A DNA stretch of 64,000 nucleotides. It comes from Clostridia bacterium (GTDB taxonomy: Bacteria; Bacillota; Clostridia; Christensenellales; CAG-138). The number at the start of each line of letters is the position of its first letter. Position 1 is the stretch's first letter. The stretch spans positions 78,221 through 142,220 of the forward strand of contig JAFPXD010000003.1 in NCBI GenBank assembly GCA_017394835.1, in the 5' to 3' direction. Position numbers and translations under genes: made by a program. The notes under the pieces are model-generated. The model was given only the letters and a program-made list of their open reading frames with translations. It was not told where the DNA came from and searched no databases. Positions 15,560 through 24,850 of the stretch are shown piece after piece.

Positions 15560-16924
15560 ATGGAAAAGAAAGAATCAATGGAAGAGCTCGCCCGCAAAGC
15601 CTATGAAAAGGGCGGCTTCAACGGCGTTTGGCTTTACGCCGAAAACGGCGAGATAGTGTCGAAGGGCGCTTACGGCTGGGTGGACGCGGAGAACACCATA
15701 CCCATGCGCGAGGATACCATATTCGAGATGGCGTCCATAACGAAGATGTTCACCGCCACGGCGATAATGCTCCTCGTGCGCGATGGCAAGCTCTCCGTCG
15801 ACGACGAGTACGTGAAGTACTTCCCCGAATTCCCCTATGAGGGCGTGACGATCAAGCATCTTCTCACCCATACGAGCGGCATGCCCGAGGACCTCGGGAC
15901 CGACGACTGGGTGGAACCCATTTGGGAAAACGAGCACAGGATCCCGCCCTGCAGCGAGATCATCCGCTTCCTGATCGACAGCGGCAGGGAGCTCGACTGC
16001 GCCCCCGGCGAAAGGTTCGAGTACAGCGACATCCACTACTGCCTGCTGGCAAATCTAGTTGAAAAGCTCTCCGGCGAGAAGTTCGAGGACTACCTCAAAA
16101 AGAACGTGCTGGAGCCCTCCGGCATGAAGGATTCCGCCATACTCCACACCCGCAGGGACGGCAGGCCCTCGAGCCGCATCGCCCGCAATATGGTGCTGGA
16201 GGACGGTGAATACGTGCCCTCCGACCTTTCGAAGGACGCCTCCTATGTGTGCGGTTCGGACGGCCTCAACGGCTGCGATTATCTCTACACCACGGTATTC
16301 GACATGCTCGCGTGGGACCGCGCGCTGCGTGAAGAGAAGGTGCTCACCCGTGAGGAGCAGGCGGTCATGTTCACGCCCGTGAAGCTGAATTCGGGCGAAG
16401 ACTACGCCGACGAGGACGGCGACGGCTACGGCTTCGGCTGGGGCGTCAAGCGGGATGAGGAGCACGGCCTCATCGTCTCCCATTCCGGCGGCATGCCCGG
16501 CCTTAATACCTGGTTCGAGCGCTACGTCGATGAGGATAAGGTTCTGATATTCTTCTTCAACCGCGACTTTACGGATATGCGAGCGTGCGGCGGCTTCTGG
16601 GATGGCATGATGGCGATCGCCAACGACGATGAGCCCGAACCCCTCGTCACGATCGAGGACGTTATGGTAAAGGATCCCGATAGGTCGGATTGGGAGAGCT
16701 TCTGCGGCAAGTACGAGCGCCCCGAGGACGAGGAATTCATGATCGACGAGGTCTTCATGAAGGACGGCGAGCTTTACGCCAACGCGGTCATCGAAGGCGA
16801 CGAGGAGACCTTCCGCCTCTATCCCCTCTCCGAGAACGAGTTCGGCAGGAAGGGCGGCTTCTTAAAGCTGGCCTTCGCCGAAGGCTGCATCAAGTACGAC
16901 GAGAATACCTGCAAAAAGCTGTAA
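15560..16924 (+). CDS. Beta-lactamase-fold serine hydrolase, close paralog of 8530..9900
   Basis: SxxK ASITKMF and HSGGMPG. Near-identical N-terminus (ARKAYEKGGFNGVWLYAENGEIVSKGAYG) and shared C-terminal module. Confidence 0.85.
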   Translation: MEKKESMEELARKAYEKGGFNGVWLYAENGEIVSKGAYGWVDAENTIPMREDTIFEMASITKMFTATAIMLLVRDGKLSVDDEYVKYFPEFPYEGVTIKHLLTHTSGMPEDLGTDDWVEPIWENEHRIPPCSEIIRFLIDSGRELDCAPGERFEYSDIHYCLLANLVEKLSGEKFEDYLKKNVLEPSGMKDSAILHTRRDGRPSSRIARNMVLEDGEYVPSDLSKDASYVCGSDGLNGCDYLYTTVFDMLAWDRALREEKVLTREEQAVMFTPVKLNSGEDYADEDGDGYGFGWGVKRDEEHGLIVSHSGGMPGLNTWFERYVDEDKVLIFFFNRDFTDMRACGGFWDGMMAIANDDEPEPLVTIEDVMVKDPDRSDWESFCGKYERPEDEEFMIDEVFMKDGELYANAVIEGDEETFRLYPLSENEFGRKGGFLKLAFAEGCIKYDENTCKKL

Positions 16925-17026
16925 AAGGCAGATCGCCAACTTCTAGTTTAGCGAGCAGATCAGCCGGTGTACTTTTTACCCATTAACCCTTGAAAAGTGC
17001 ACTTTTTGCCCATTAAACACATGAAA

Positions 17027-17075
17027 GAAACCTCTTTTGTCTACCAGAGCAAGAGAGGTTTTCTTGTTGTTTTTG
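17027..17075 (+). terminator. Probable terminator ending the hydrolase/GNAT operon
   Basis: AACCTCTT...AAGAGAGGTT stem followed by a T-rich run (TTCTTGTTGTTTTT). Confidence 0.55.
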
Positions 17076-17130
17076 GCAGCACCGTATGGTATGATTAATA
17101 CGATAAATCGAACTTTGTGGAGCGCTTGTT

Positions 17131-17619
17131 ATGATCGAGATAAAAGAAACAACGATCAAAGATATTGATAATGTTCAAAGACTTTGGGCTGACGGCGATG
17201 TTATGCGGTTTGTTGGATTCCCCGATGGATTGCACCAAACAACTGAGGAAATGAAAGGTTGGTTTCGGTGGATCGAATCCAATCGGCCGGTTCTGAATCA
17301 CTACTCGATATTTGAAGACGGGAACTACTGCGGAGAATCTTTTTATGAGATCGATGCAGCGCATCGAAGCGCCGCTCTGGACATAAAACTGTTTGGATTT
17401 GCACGGGGACGTGGAATTGCAGCGGCAGGGCTCTCCCATGCGATCAGGGAAGCGTTCCTGAACGGCGCGGAGACCGTATGGGTCGATCCGAATCCGGGAA
17501 ACATGAAAGCAATCGCATTGTATGAGAGGCTTGGCTTTCAGCAGAAAGACTTTCCTGAGTACCTGATTTCCGAGGATCAGGAGCAAATCTCAATCTATAT
17601 GGAACTTCGCAAAAACTGA
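17131..17619 (+). CDS. GNAT family N-acetyltransferase (visibly AT-richer cassette)
   Basis: 162 aa. GNAT motif A region FARGRGIAAAGLSHAIREAF and ALYERLGF. The composition is clearly AT-richer than its neighbours by eye. Confidence 0.8.
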   Translation: MIEIKETTIKDIDNVQRLWADGDVMRFVGFPDGLHQTTEEMKGWFRWIESNRPVLNHYSIFEDGNYCGESFYEIDAAHRSAALDIKLFGFARGRGIAAAGLSHAIREAFLNGAETVWVDPNPGNMKAIALYERLGFQQKDFPEYLISEDQEQISIYMELRKN

Positions 17620-17814
17620 TTCCATACGCATATTTCGGTTTGCAGAGGCAACCGGCACGAAGGCGCTTACCTTTTCGCTTTTCTTTCTATGGTTTGGTAC
17701 CTTTTAGCGCGTCTTTCGCATAAAGAAAACAGCTTTTGTCTACCTCGATAAAGGTTGTTTTTTTGTGCTTTCAGGCCGAAATACAGGCAAAATAAGCAAA
17801 AATCGGGCTTAAAC

Positions 17815-17857
17815 GGGCTCCGGAGCGGTCAACCGGCTGCTTCGGAGCCCTTTTTTT
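17815..17857 (+). terminator. Orphan intrinsic terminator
   Basis: GGGCTCCGGAGCGGTCAACCGGCTGCTTCGGAGCCC followed by TTTTTTT. Confidence 0.6.
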
Positions 17858-17973
17858 GTGCCCGCAAAAACGAAAACAGGTGTACTTTTTGTTCTTTTAT
17901 TGCGTCAAGAAGAATGAGTAAAAAGGTACATGGCAAGAGGACTTGAACCTGAAATGACTGGCCGCGTGTTATA

Positions 17974-18585
17974 ATGAAAGAACAAAATAGTTACGGAGGC
18001 AACAAAAATGGCAAGCAGCACATGTACTCCGGCGGCGGCATCACGCTGGCACAGCTCGCCTTTGAGCGTATCACCGGCACTACCCTCTGCGAGGCCTTCC
18101 AAAAGGAGGTCGCCGAGCCTCTGGGGCTGAAACACACCGGCTTTTTCCAGCCGCTGGACGAAGAGCTGGTTTCCAACGCGGCGTTCGGCTTCAGACTGGC
18201 GCAGAAGGAGGACCCTGCCCACGGGTATCACTATTATCCGGAGCATGCGGCGGCGGGCCTTTGGACCACGCCGACGGAGCTGGTCAAGATCGGCCTCGAG
18301 CTTTCCAGGAGCTATCGCAAAGGCGGCCTCCTCAAAAAGAAGACCGCGCGGCGCATGATGACGCCTGTCATGGATGACTACGGCCTCTGCCTCGATGTTT
18401 GGGAATCGGAAGCGCGCAAAGACAGCGTCGCCGGTCACGACGGAGAGAACTGGGGTTTTCTGACCAGCTGGGTCTTCTCCCGCAAGAAAGACATCTGCGT
18501 TGCCGTGATGTACAACAACGTCACGGAAGCAGCCGACGAAGCGATGAACGGCATCGCCTGCGAGATCTACAGGAACGCAAAATAA
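17974..18585 (+). pseudogene. 5'-truncated remnant of a beta-lactamase-fold hydrolase (paralog of 13785..15524)
   Basis: Homology starts abruptly at GKQH(M/V)YSGGGITLAQLAFERITGTTL, aligning with residue 306 or so of the fusion protein. It lacks the SxxK nucleophile region and the C-terminal module. Confidence 0.7.
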
Positions 18586-18698
18586 AAAGCGCTCCTGTGA
18601 AGGGAGCCATCCTGCGGAAGGCTCCCTTTCGTTTGAGAAGGCCCTTTGCATTCTGCCCCCGAATATGTTATCATCTATATGAAAAACCCGAAAGGACA

Positions 18699-19115
18699 AT
18701 GAAAATGGAACCTTACAGGCATACCGTTCAATACTATGAAACGGATAAGATGGGAATAGTGCATCACTCGAATTATATCCGCTGGATGGAGGAAGCGCGC
18801 ATAGACTTTTTGAGGCGCATCGGATGGAGCTTCGAAAGGCTCGAAGCGGAGGGGCTCGTCTCCCCCGTCACCGCCGTCGAATGCAGGTACAGGGCAAGCG
18901 CCGTATTCCCCGACGAGGTCGCAATAAGCGTTCGCGTCGGCGAGCTTAAGGGCGCGGTCATGCGGTTCGATTACGTCATGACCGTCGGGGATAGGACAGT
19001 CTGCGAAGGCCGCACAGAGCATTGCTTCCTTGACGGAAATGGGAGAATAGTCCGCATGAACAGGGCTTATCCCGGGTTTTACGAAAGGCTCCGCTCCGAG
19101 ATGGAGACCGAATGA
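18699..19115 (+). CDS. Acyl-CoA thioesterase, 4HBT/YbgC hotdog family
   Basis: MKMEPYRHTVQYYETDKMGIVHHSNYIRWMEEAR carries the catalytic Asp context of YbgC-like thioesterases. Confidence 0.8.
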   Translation: MKMEPYRHTVQYYETDKMGIVHHSNYIRWMEEARIDFLRRIGWSFERLEAEGLVSPVTAVECRYRASAVFPDEVAISVRVGELKGAVMRFDYVMTVGDRTVCEGRTEHCFLDGNGRIVRMNRAYPGFYERLRSEMETE

Positions 19116-19146
19116 ACAGTAATAATCCAGGATCGGAGGCGATCGA

Positions 19147-19680
19147 ATGAAGCTCATTGAACCCACGCCGGAATATGCCGATCAGATAGCGGCTTACCGC
19201 AGGGCCTTTCTTGAATACGGGGGCTCCATGGACGGGTGCGGCCCGCTGAGGCGGTATGAGGATCCTATGGAATGGCTCGCGTTTGTCGAAGCCATGAAAA
19301 AGCCCGAAACCACTCCGGAAGGGCTCGTCCCCGCGACGCAGCTCATTTACGTGCATGAGGAGGACGGGAAGATCGCCGGGATGATCCAGATACGGCATTA
19401 TTTCAATGAATACCTTGAAAAATACGCGGGGCACATTGGGTATTCCGTGGCCCCCGACGAGCGGCGCAGGGGTCATGCGACCGCGATGCTTCGCCTTGCT
19501 CTGCCCATATGCCGCGAGCTTGGGATAGAAAAGGCGCTCGTTTGCTGTCTTGTGGAAAACGAGGCCAGCCGAAGGACCATCCTCAACAACGGCGGCGTTT
19601 ATGAATCCACCGTTTACGAACCGGAACGCGACATGCGCCTTGAAAGATACTGGATCGATACCCGCAGCGCAGAGCGATAA
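19147..19680 (+). CDS. GNAT family acetyltransferase (COG3981-like)
   Basis: 177 aa with GHIGYSVAPDERRRGHATAMLRLAL. Confidence 0.75.
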   Translation: MKLIEPTPEYADQIAAYRRAFLEYGGSMDGCGPLRRYEDPMEWLAFVEAMKKPETTPEGLVPATQLIYVHEEDGKIAGMIQIRHYFNEYLEKYAGHIGYSVAPDERRRGHATAMLRLALPICRELGIEKALVCCLVENEASRRTILNNGGVYESTVYEPERDMRLERYWIDTRSAER

Positions 19681-19770
19681 GCTGCGTTCTGTAACACCTC
19701 GGGCTGCTCCCGACAAGGACGGCTTGATGCGTTTTCTTTTTGTGCGCCTTTCCAAAATGCGTTTGACCTC

Positions 19771-19798
19771 TTGAATAATCGCAGTATTGTGCTATAAT
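19771..19798 (+). promoter_or_regulatory. Promoter with extended -10 for trkAH
   Basis: TTGAAT (19771-19776), 16-nt spacer containing TG, TATAAT (19793-19798). Together these read TGCTATAAT. Confidence 0.5.
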
Positions 19799-19831
19799 AT
19801 AGTTGTCAAAATTTTTTTCGAGGGATCTTCA

Positions 19832-21190
19832 ATGAACATTATTATTGCCGGATACGGAAAAGTCGGATCAGCTCTTACAAGGCAGCTTTCAGCCGAAGGG
19901 TACGATCTTACCATAATCGATTCCAACAGAAAGAAGCTCGAATCGGGGCAGGAGCTTTACGACGTGCTCGTAGTGCACGGCAACTGCGCCACCATGAGCG
20001 TGCTTGAGGAAGCGGGCGTAAAGAACGCCGATATCCTCATTGCGGCGACGAGCGCGGATGAGATAAACCTCCTCTGCTGCCTCACCGCGCACAAGCTGAA
20101 TAAAAACATCCACACCATAGCGAGAATAAGGAACCCCGAATACAGCGAACAGATAGTCCTGATGCGTGATTCGCTCGGCCTTTCGCTGCTCGTCAATCCC
20201 GAAAAGCAGGCCGCGCAGGAAATGGAGCGCCTTATTCGCTACCCCGGCTTTATGAAGCGTGAAAAATTCGCTCACGGCCGCGTTGAGATCGCGGAGCTGC
20301 GCGTCACGGCGGACAGTCCCTTATGCGATATCCCCCTCATGCAGATGGGGAGCGTTACGAAATGCCATTCGCTCGTGTGCACCGTTCTGCGCAACGGCAA
20401 TGCAATAGCCCCGAACGGCCACTTTATACTGAAGGAGGGCGACAGGCTCTTTGTCACGGCTACCACGAACGAACTTGCTCTGCTTTTGAAAAACCTCGGC
20501 ATAGTCACCCACAGGGTAAAGCGCGTCATAATCTGCGGCGGCGGCAAGAGTGCGCCCTATTTGGCGCAGATGCTCGAAAAGGGCAATATAAAGGTGCAGA
20601 TAGTCGAGCGCGATCAGAAGAAATGCCTGGAGCTTGCGGAGCTTCTTCCCTTTGCCGATATAGTGAACGCGGACGCTTCCGACCTTTCCCTTTGGGAGAG
20701 CGAGCGGCTTTCTTCCGATGATGCGATAGTTGCCATGACGGGGCTTGACGAGCTCAACATGATGATAACGCTCTACGTCAAGAGCTGCGGAGTGCATCAG
20801 ACCATTACCAAGCTCAGCAGGACGGAGAGCAGCGCGCTTCTTGATAAGCTCGATCTCGGCAGCGTGATCTGCCCCAAGGATCTTTGCAGCAACACGATAG
20901 TCGGCTACGTCCGCGGGATGAAGAACCAAACGGGCGCTTCCATAGCCGTACACAGGATCGCGGACGGCAAATCCGAAGCTACGGAATTCCACGTCACAAA
21001 GGATACCCTTTACTGCGGAGTGCCGCTCAAGGATCTTAAGCTCAAGAAGAACGTGCTCATAGCTTCCATACTGCACCTTTCGCAGTGCGTTATCCCGAAC
21101 GGCGAATCGTGCTTCTACCCCGGCGATACGGTGATAGTCGTTTCCGACAGCGACAGAGCAATATCCCGCCTTAACGATATTTTCGAATGA
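19832..21190 (+). CDS. trkA: Trk system potassium uptake protein TrkA (two RCK/NAD-binding modules)
   Basis: MNIIIAGYGKVGSALTRQL Rossmann GxGxxG, with a second copy RVIICGGGKSAPYLAQML. Adjacent to trkH. Confidence 0.88.
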   Translation: MNIIIAGYGKVGSALTRQLSAEGYDLTIIDSNRKKLESGQELYDVLVVHGNCATMSVLEEAGVKNADILIAATSADEINLLCCLTAHKLNKNIHTIARIRNPEYSEQIVLMRDSLGLSLLVNPEKQAAQEMERLIRYPGFMKREKFAHGRVEIAELRVTADSPLCDIPLMQMGSVTKCHSLVCTVLRNGNAIAPNGHFILKEGDRLFVTATTNELALLLKNLGIVTHRVKRVIICGGGKSAPYLAQMLEKGNIKVQIVERDQKKCLELAELLPFADIVNADASDLSLWESERLSSDDAIVAMTGLDELNMMITLYVKSCGVHQTITKLSRTESSALLDKLDLGSVICPKDLCSNTIVGYVRGMKNQTGASIAVHRIADGKSEATEFHVTKDTLYCGVPLKDLKLKKNVLIASILHLSQCVIPNGESCFYPGDTVIVVSDSDRAISRLNDIFE

Positions 21191-21206
21191 TCGAGGAAAA
21201 GCTGCC

Positions 21207-22667
21207 ATGAATTTCCGCATGATAGGGCGAATAATCTCGTTTATACTGATAGTCGAGGCGATATTCATGCTCCCCGGCATGGTCCTCTGCGCCGTCGGCG
21301 GGCAGATGCAGTCGGCGCTTGCATTCCTCATTACCATCGGTATCATATTTGCCACTTCGAGCGCGCTTTGGCTCCTTTGCAGAAAGGCGCAGAAGGGCTT
21401 TTATTCGCGTGACGGCCTCGTTTGCGTCGGGCTCTGCTGGATAATAATGAGCCTCTTCGGCGCGCTGCCCTTCACCATCTCCCACGAGATCCCCCGATAC
21501 ATAGACGCCGTATTTGAGATAGCCTCCGGCTTCTCCACCACAGGCGCTTCCATATTGAACGACGTTGAGGCGCTTTCAAAGGGAATGCTCCTTTGGAGGA
21601 GCACGAGCCACTGGCTGGGCGGCATGGGCGTGCTCGTATTCCTGCTTGCGCTCGTTCCCATCAGCGGGCGGAGCGACGGCTTTACGATGCATCTGCTGCG
21701 CGCGGAAAGCCCCGGCCCCGACGTGGGCAAGCTCGTCCCCCGCATGAAGCAGACCGCGATAATCCTTTACGGGCTTTACATTCTGCTCACCGTTCTCGAT
21801 TTCATATTCCTCGTGATAGGCAAGATGCCCGTGTTCGACGCGGTTTGTATCGCGATAGGCACCGCGGGCACGGGCGGCTTCGGCGTATTGAATACGAGCA
21901 TCGCTTCCTATTCACCCTATATCCAGACCGTTTGCACCGTGTTCATGCTGCTGTTCGGCGTGAACTTCTCATGCTATTATCTGCTGCTCTGCGGCAAGAT
22001 CAAGAACGTGCTGAAGGATGAAGAGCTTCACTGGTATTTGGGGATCGCCGTGTTTGCGATAGCTGTGATCACCCTTTCGCTCTCACTCAAGCACTTCTAC
22101 CCCACCTTCGGCGAAACGCTGAGGCATTCCGCATTCCAGGTAGGCAGTCTTCTTTCCTCCACCGGTTTTGCCACCACCGATTTCGACCTCTGGCCCGCAA
22201 TAGCAAAAGCGATACTCTTCTCACTCATGTTCATCGGCGCAAGCGCGGGCTCCACGGGCGGCGGCTTCAAAATAGGCAGGATGCTGCTCGTGCTCAAAAT
22301 GATGCGCAGAAACGTGCGTCAGGTGCTCTATCCGCAGAAGATACAGGTCGTTAGGGTAAACGGCAGGGTCGTTGATGAAGCCGTCCTGCGCAACACAAAC
22401 GCGTATCTGTGCACCTACGTCATGATAATACTTGTAAGCTTCCTCATCGTTTCGATAGACGGGTTCTCCACCACCACAAACATAACCGCGGTGGTTTCCT
22501 GCTTCAACAACATGGGCCCCGGACTTGAAGGCATAGGCCCGTCGCTCAATTATTCGGGCTACGGCACGATCTCGAAGATAGTGCTGATATTCGATATGCT
22601 CGCAGGCAGGCTCGAAATATTCCCCATCCTTGTGCTCTTCTCAAGGAGCGCATGGAAGAGGCGCTGA
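21207..22667 (+). CDS. trkH: TrkH family potassium transporter
   Basis: 486 aa polytopic membrane protein. Repeated selectivity-filter-like motifs (SGFSTTGAS, GTAGTGGFG, SSTGFAT, GASAGSTGGGFK). Confidence 0.88.
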   Translation: MNFRMIGRIISFILIVEAIFMLPGMVLCAVGGQMQSALAFLITIGIIFATSSALWLLCRKAQKGFYSRDGLVCVGLCWIIMSLFGALPFTISHEIPRYIDAVFEIASGFSTTGASILNDVEALSKGMLLWRSTSHWLGGMGVLVFLLALVPISGRSDGFTMHLLRAESPGPDVGKLVPRMKQTAIILYGLYILLTVLDFIFLVIGKMPVFDAVCIAIGTAGTGGFGVLNTSIASYSPYIQTVCTVFMLLFGVNFSCYYLLLCGKIKNVLKDEELHWYLGIAVFAIAVITLSLSLKHFYPTFGETLRHSAFQVGSLLSSTGFATTDFDLWPAIAKAILFSLMFIGASAGSTGGGFKIGRMLLVLKMMRRNVRQVLYPQKIQVVRVNGRVVDEAVLRNTNAYLCTYVMIILVSFLIVSIDGFSTTTNITAVVSCFNNMGPGLEGIGPSLNYSGYGTISKIVLIFDMLAGRLEIFPILVLFSRSAWKRR

Positions 22668-22685
22668 TAAAATATCAAGACATAC

Positions 22686-22717
22686 AAAACCCCGGGATCG
22701 CAGGATCCCGGGGTTTT
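22686..22717. terminator. Bidirectional terminator between convergent trkH and rnfB
   Basis: AAAACCCCGGGATC-GCAG-GATCCCGGGGTTTT. Confidence 0.8.
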
Positions 22718-22728
22718 CGTTTCGGTGA

Positions 22729-23565
22729 TCAATCGTTGAATCTGTGCCTGCCGGAAAGATCGGCAAACTGGATGGCGTGGGTCGGGCATTTATCCTTGCA
22801 TTTGCCGCAGCTCACGCACTTTTCATAGTCTATTACGGCAAGGTTGTTTACTACGGATATGGCGCCGTGCTCACAGGTCCTTGCGCAGAGTCCGCAGCCC
22901 AAGCACCCGGCGGAGCATTGTGCGCGGACGAGCGCGCCCTTTTCATGACTGGAGCAAACTACTACTACCCTGCGGGTATCGGGGAAGAGCTCTATCAAAT
23001 GATTGGGGCAGGTCTTTGCACATAAGCCGCAGCCGATGCACTTGCGGGGATCGACGTGCGCTATGCCGTTTTCGATGCAGATCGCGCCCTGCGGGCAGGC
23101 CTTCTGGCAATCGCCCAAACCGATGCAGCCCATCGTGCAGGCGCGGCTTCCGCCATAGAGCATCTGCGCGGCGCGGCAGGACTCGATGCCGCGGTAATCG
23201 TGGATGGTCTTGCGGTTTATGCAGTCGCCGCTACAGTGGACGAATGCGACCTGCTCTATAACGTCCTCGAACTCCACCCCCATAACGTCCGCTATCTTCT
23301 GAGCGACGGCGTCGGCGCCGGGAACGCAGAGATTTGTCTTGGTGCCCTCGACCTCCGCAAGAGCCTTGGCATAGCCGTCGCAGCCGGTGAAGCCGCAGGC
23401 GCCGCAGTTTGCGCCGGGAAGGCACTCGCGCACCTTGACCTCAAGCTCGTTTACGGGGACCTTCATGAAGTGCGAGGCGACGGCGAGTATTGCGGAGCAG
23501 ATAAGGCCGATCGCGGTGACGGATATAATCGCTAAAAGTATAGGGCTCATACTATCACTCTCCAA
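22729..23565 (-). CDS. rnfB: Rnf complex subunit B (polyferredoxin)
   Basis: N-terminal TM anchor and multiple CxxCxxCxxxCP 4Fe-4S motifs. Last gene of the rnfCDGEAB cluster. Confidence 0.9.
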   Translation of the reverse strand: MESDSMSPILLAIISVTAIGLICSAILAVASHFMKVPVNELEVKVRECLPGANCGACGFTGCDGYAKALAEVEGTKTNLCVPGADAVAQKIADVMGVEFEDVIEQVAFVHCSGDCINRKTIHDYRGIESCRAAQMLYGGSRACTMGCIGLGDCQKACPQGAICIENGIAHVDPRKCIGCGLCAKTCPNHLIELFPDTRRVVVVCSSHEKGALVRAQCSAGCLGCGLCARTCEHGAISVVNNLAVIDYEKCVSCGKCKDKCPTHAIQFADLSGRHRFND

Positions 23566-24157
23566 ACAGGCTGGTCACTATACCGCCGAAGCCGTAGAAT
23601 GCCATCGAAACGATGGAAGCGGCGACGAGGGTGATGGGGATGCCGCGGAACGCCTTGGGAGGATCGGATTCCTCCATCCTCTCGCGGACGCCGGCAAATA
23701 TCACCATTGCAAGCAGGAAGCCCAAGCCGCAGCCAAGCGAGCTCACCATCGACTGAAGGAAATTGTACCCATCGGTGATGTTGTTGATGGTGACGCCCAG
23801 CACGGCGCAGTTGGTGGTGATAAGGGGCAGATACACGCCCAGCGACTTATGCAGCGAGGGCAGGTACTTCTTGAGCACTATCTCGACGAACTGGACGAGC
23901 GCCGCTATGACGAGAATGAACACGATCGTCTGCAGGTAGCCCATGCCGTTGGGATCGAGCAAATAGGTCTGGATGGGCCAGGTCGCCGCAGTGGCGAGCA
24001 GCATTACGAATATGACCGCAACGCCCATGCCGGACGCCTGATCGAGCTTCTTCGATACGCCGAGGAAGGGGCATATTCCCAAGAACTTCGAGAGGACGTA
24101 GTTATTGACCAGCACGGAGGTCATTATTATCTTCAAAAGCAGTTTGAATTCAGCCAT
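23555..24157 (-). CDS. rnfA: Rnf complex subunit A
   Basis: 200 aa polytopic protein. LGICPFLGVS and ITTNCAVLG motifs typical of RnfA/NqrE. Confidence 0.9.
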   Translation of the reverse strand: MAEFKLLLKIIMTSVLVNNYVLSKFLGICPFLGVSKKLDQASGMGVAVIFVMLLATAATWPIQTYLLDPNGMGYLQTIVFILVIAALVQFVEIVLKKYLPSLHKSLGVYLPLITTNCAVLGVTINNITDGYNFLQSMVSSLGCGLGFLLAMVIFAGVRERMEESDPPKAFRGIPITLVAASIVSMAFYGFGGIVTSLFGE

Positions 24158-24850
24158 TTAGTTCGCCTCCGTTTCCGCCTGCGCACCGCAGGAAGCCTTA
24201 TCCTTGCGGCAGAACGCCGCGGAAGGACAGCCCTCGCAGTCGAAGCTCTTTCTCTGCGGCGCCTTGCCGCGGGTGATGTATGCAACGAGCGCTATCAGAC
24301 AGCCGAATACGAGGAAGCCGCCCGGAGGAGCCGTCAGAATGGGGATCCTGTAATTCTGAAGGAAGCCTATCTTCATACCGGCAAAGCTGCCGTTGCCTAA
24401 AACTTCCCTGACGGTCGCCATGGCGAGGAGCGCCAGCGTGAAGCCCGCGCCCATGCCGAGGCCGTCAAGAGCGGATTCCAATACGTTATGCTTGTTCGCA
24501 AACATTTCGGCCCTGCCCAATATGATGCAGTTTACGACTATCAGCGCAAGGTAAACGCCGAGCATCTCGTAAAGATCGGGAAGGTATGCTTCCATGAGCA
24601 TCTGGACGAGGGTAACGAAGCCCGCGATAACGACTATATAGCAGGGGATCCTGACCGTATCGGGTATGACCTTTCTCAAGAGGGAGATGACCATATTCGA
24701 GCAGGTGAGCACGGCCGCCGCCGCGAGGCCCATCGCTATCGCGTTTATTACCGAAACGCTCATTGCAAGGGTCGGGCAGGTGCCAAGCACCAACACGAGG
24801 ACGGGGTTCTCCTTGAGGAGGCCGTTCAGGAATATCTTAAGCTTTTTCAA
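24158..24850 (-). CDS. rnfE: Rnf complex subunit E
   Basis: NPVLVLVLGTCPTLA and LIVVNCIILGRAE motifs typical of RnfE/NqrD. Confidence 0.9.
   Translation of the reverse strand: MKKLKIFLNGLLKENPVLVLVLGTCPTLAMSVSVINAIAMGLAAAAVLTCSNMVISLLRKVIPDTVRIPCYIVVIAGFVTLVQMLMEAYLPDLYEMLGVYLALIVVNCIILGRAEMFANKHNVLESALDGLGMGAGFTLALLAMATVREVLGNGSFAGMKIGFLQNYRIPILTAPPGGFLVFGCLIALVAYITRGKAPQRKSFDCEGCPSAAFCRKDKASCGAQAETEAN

Noticed and set aside
17974-18585. Functional stand-alone 203-aa protein
   Set aside because: It aligns only to the C-terminal half of the beta-lactamase-fold domain of the 13785 paralog. It lacks the SxxK nucleophile segment, and the N-terminal 12 residues are unrelated junction sequence. 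It is treated as a gene remnant, although expression of a non-catalytic fragment cannot be excluded.
19681-19831. c-di-AMP (ydaO/kimA-type) riboswitch upstream of trkA
   Set aside because: The intergenic region is too short once the promoter is placed, and it lacks the pseudo-two-fold ACGR/CCC-rich conserved core. Only a promoter with an extended -10 is evident.
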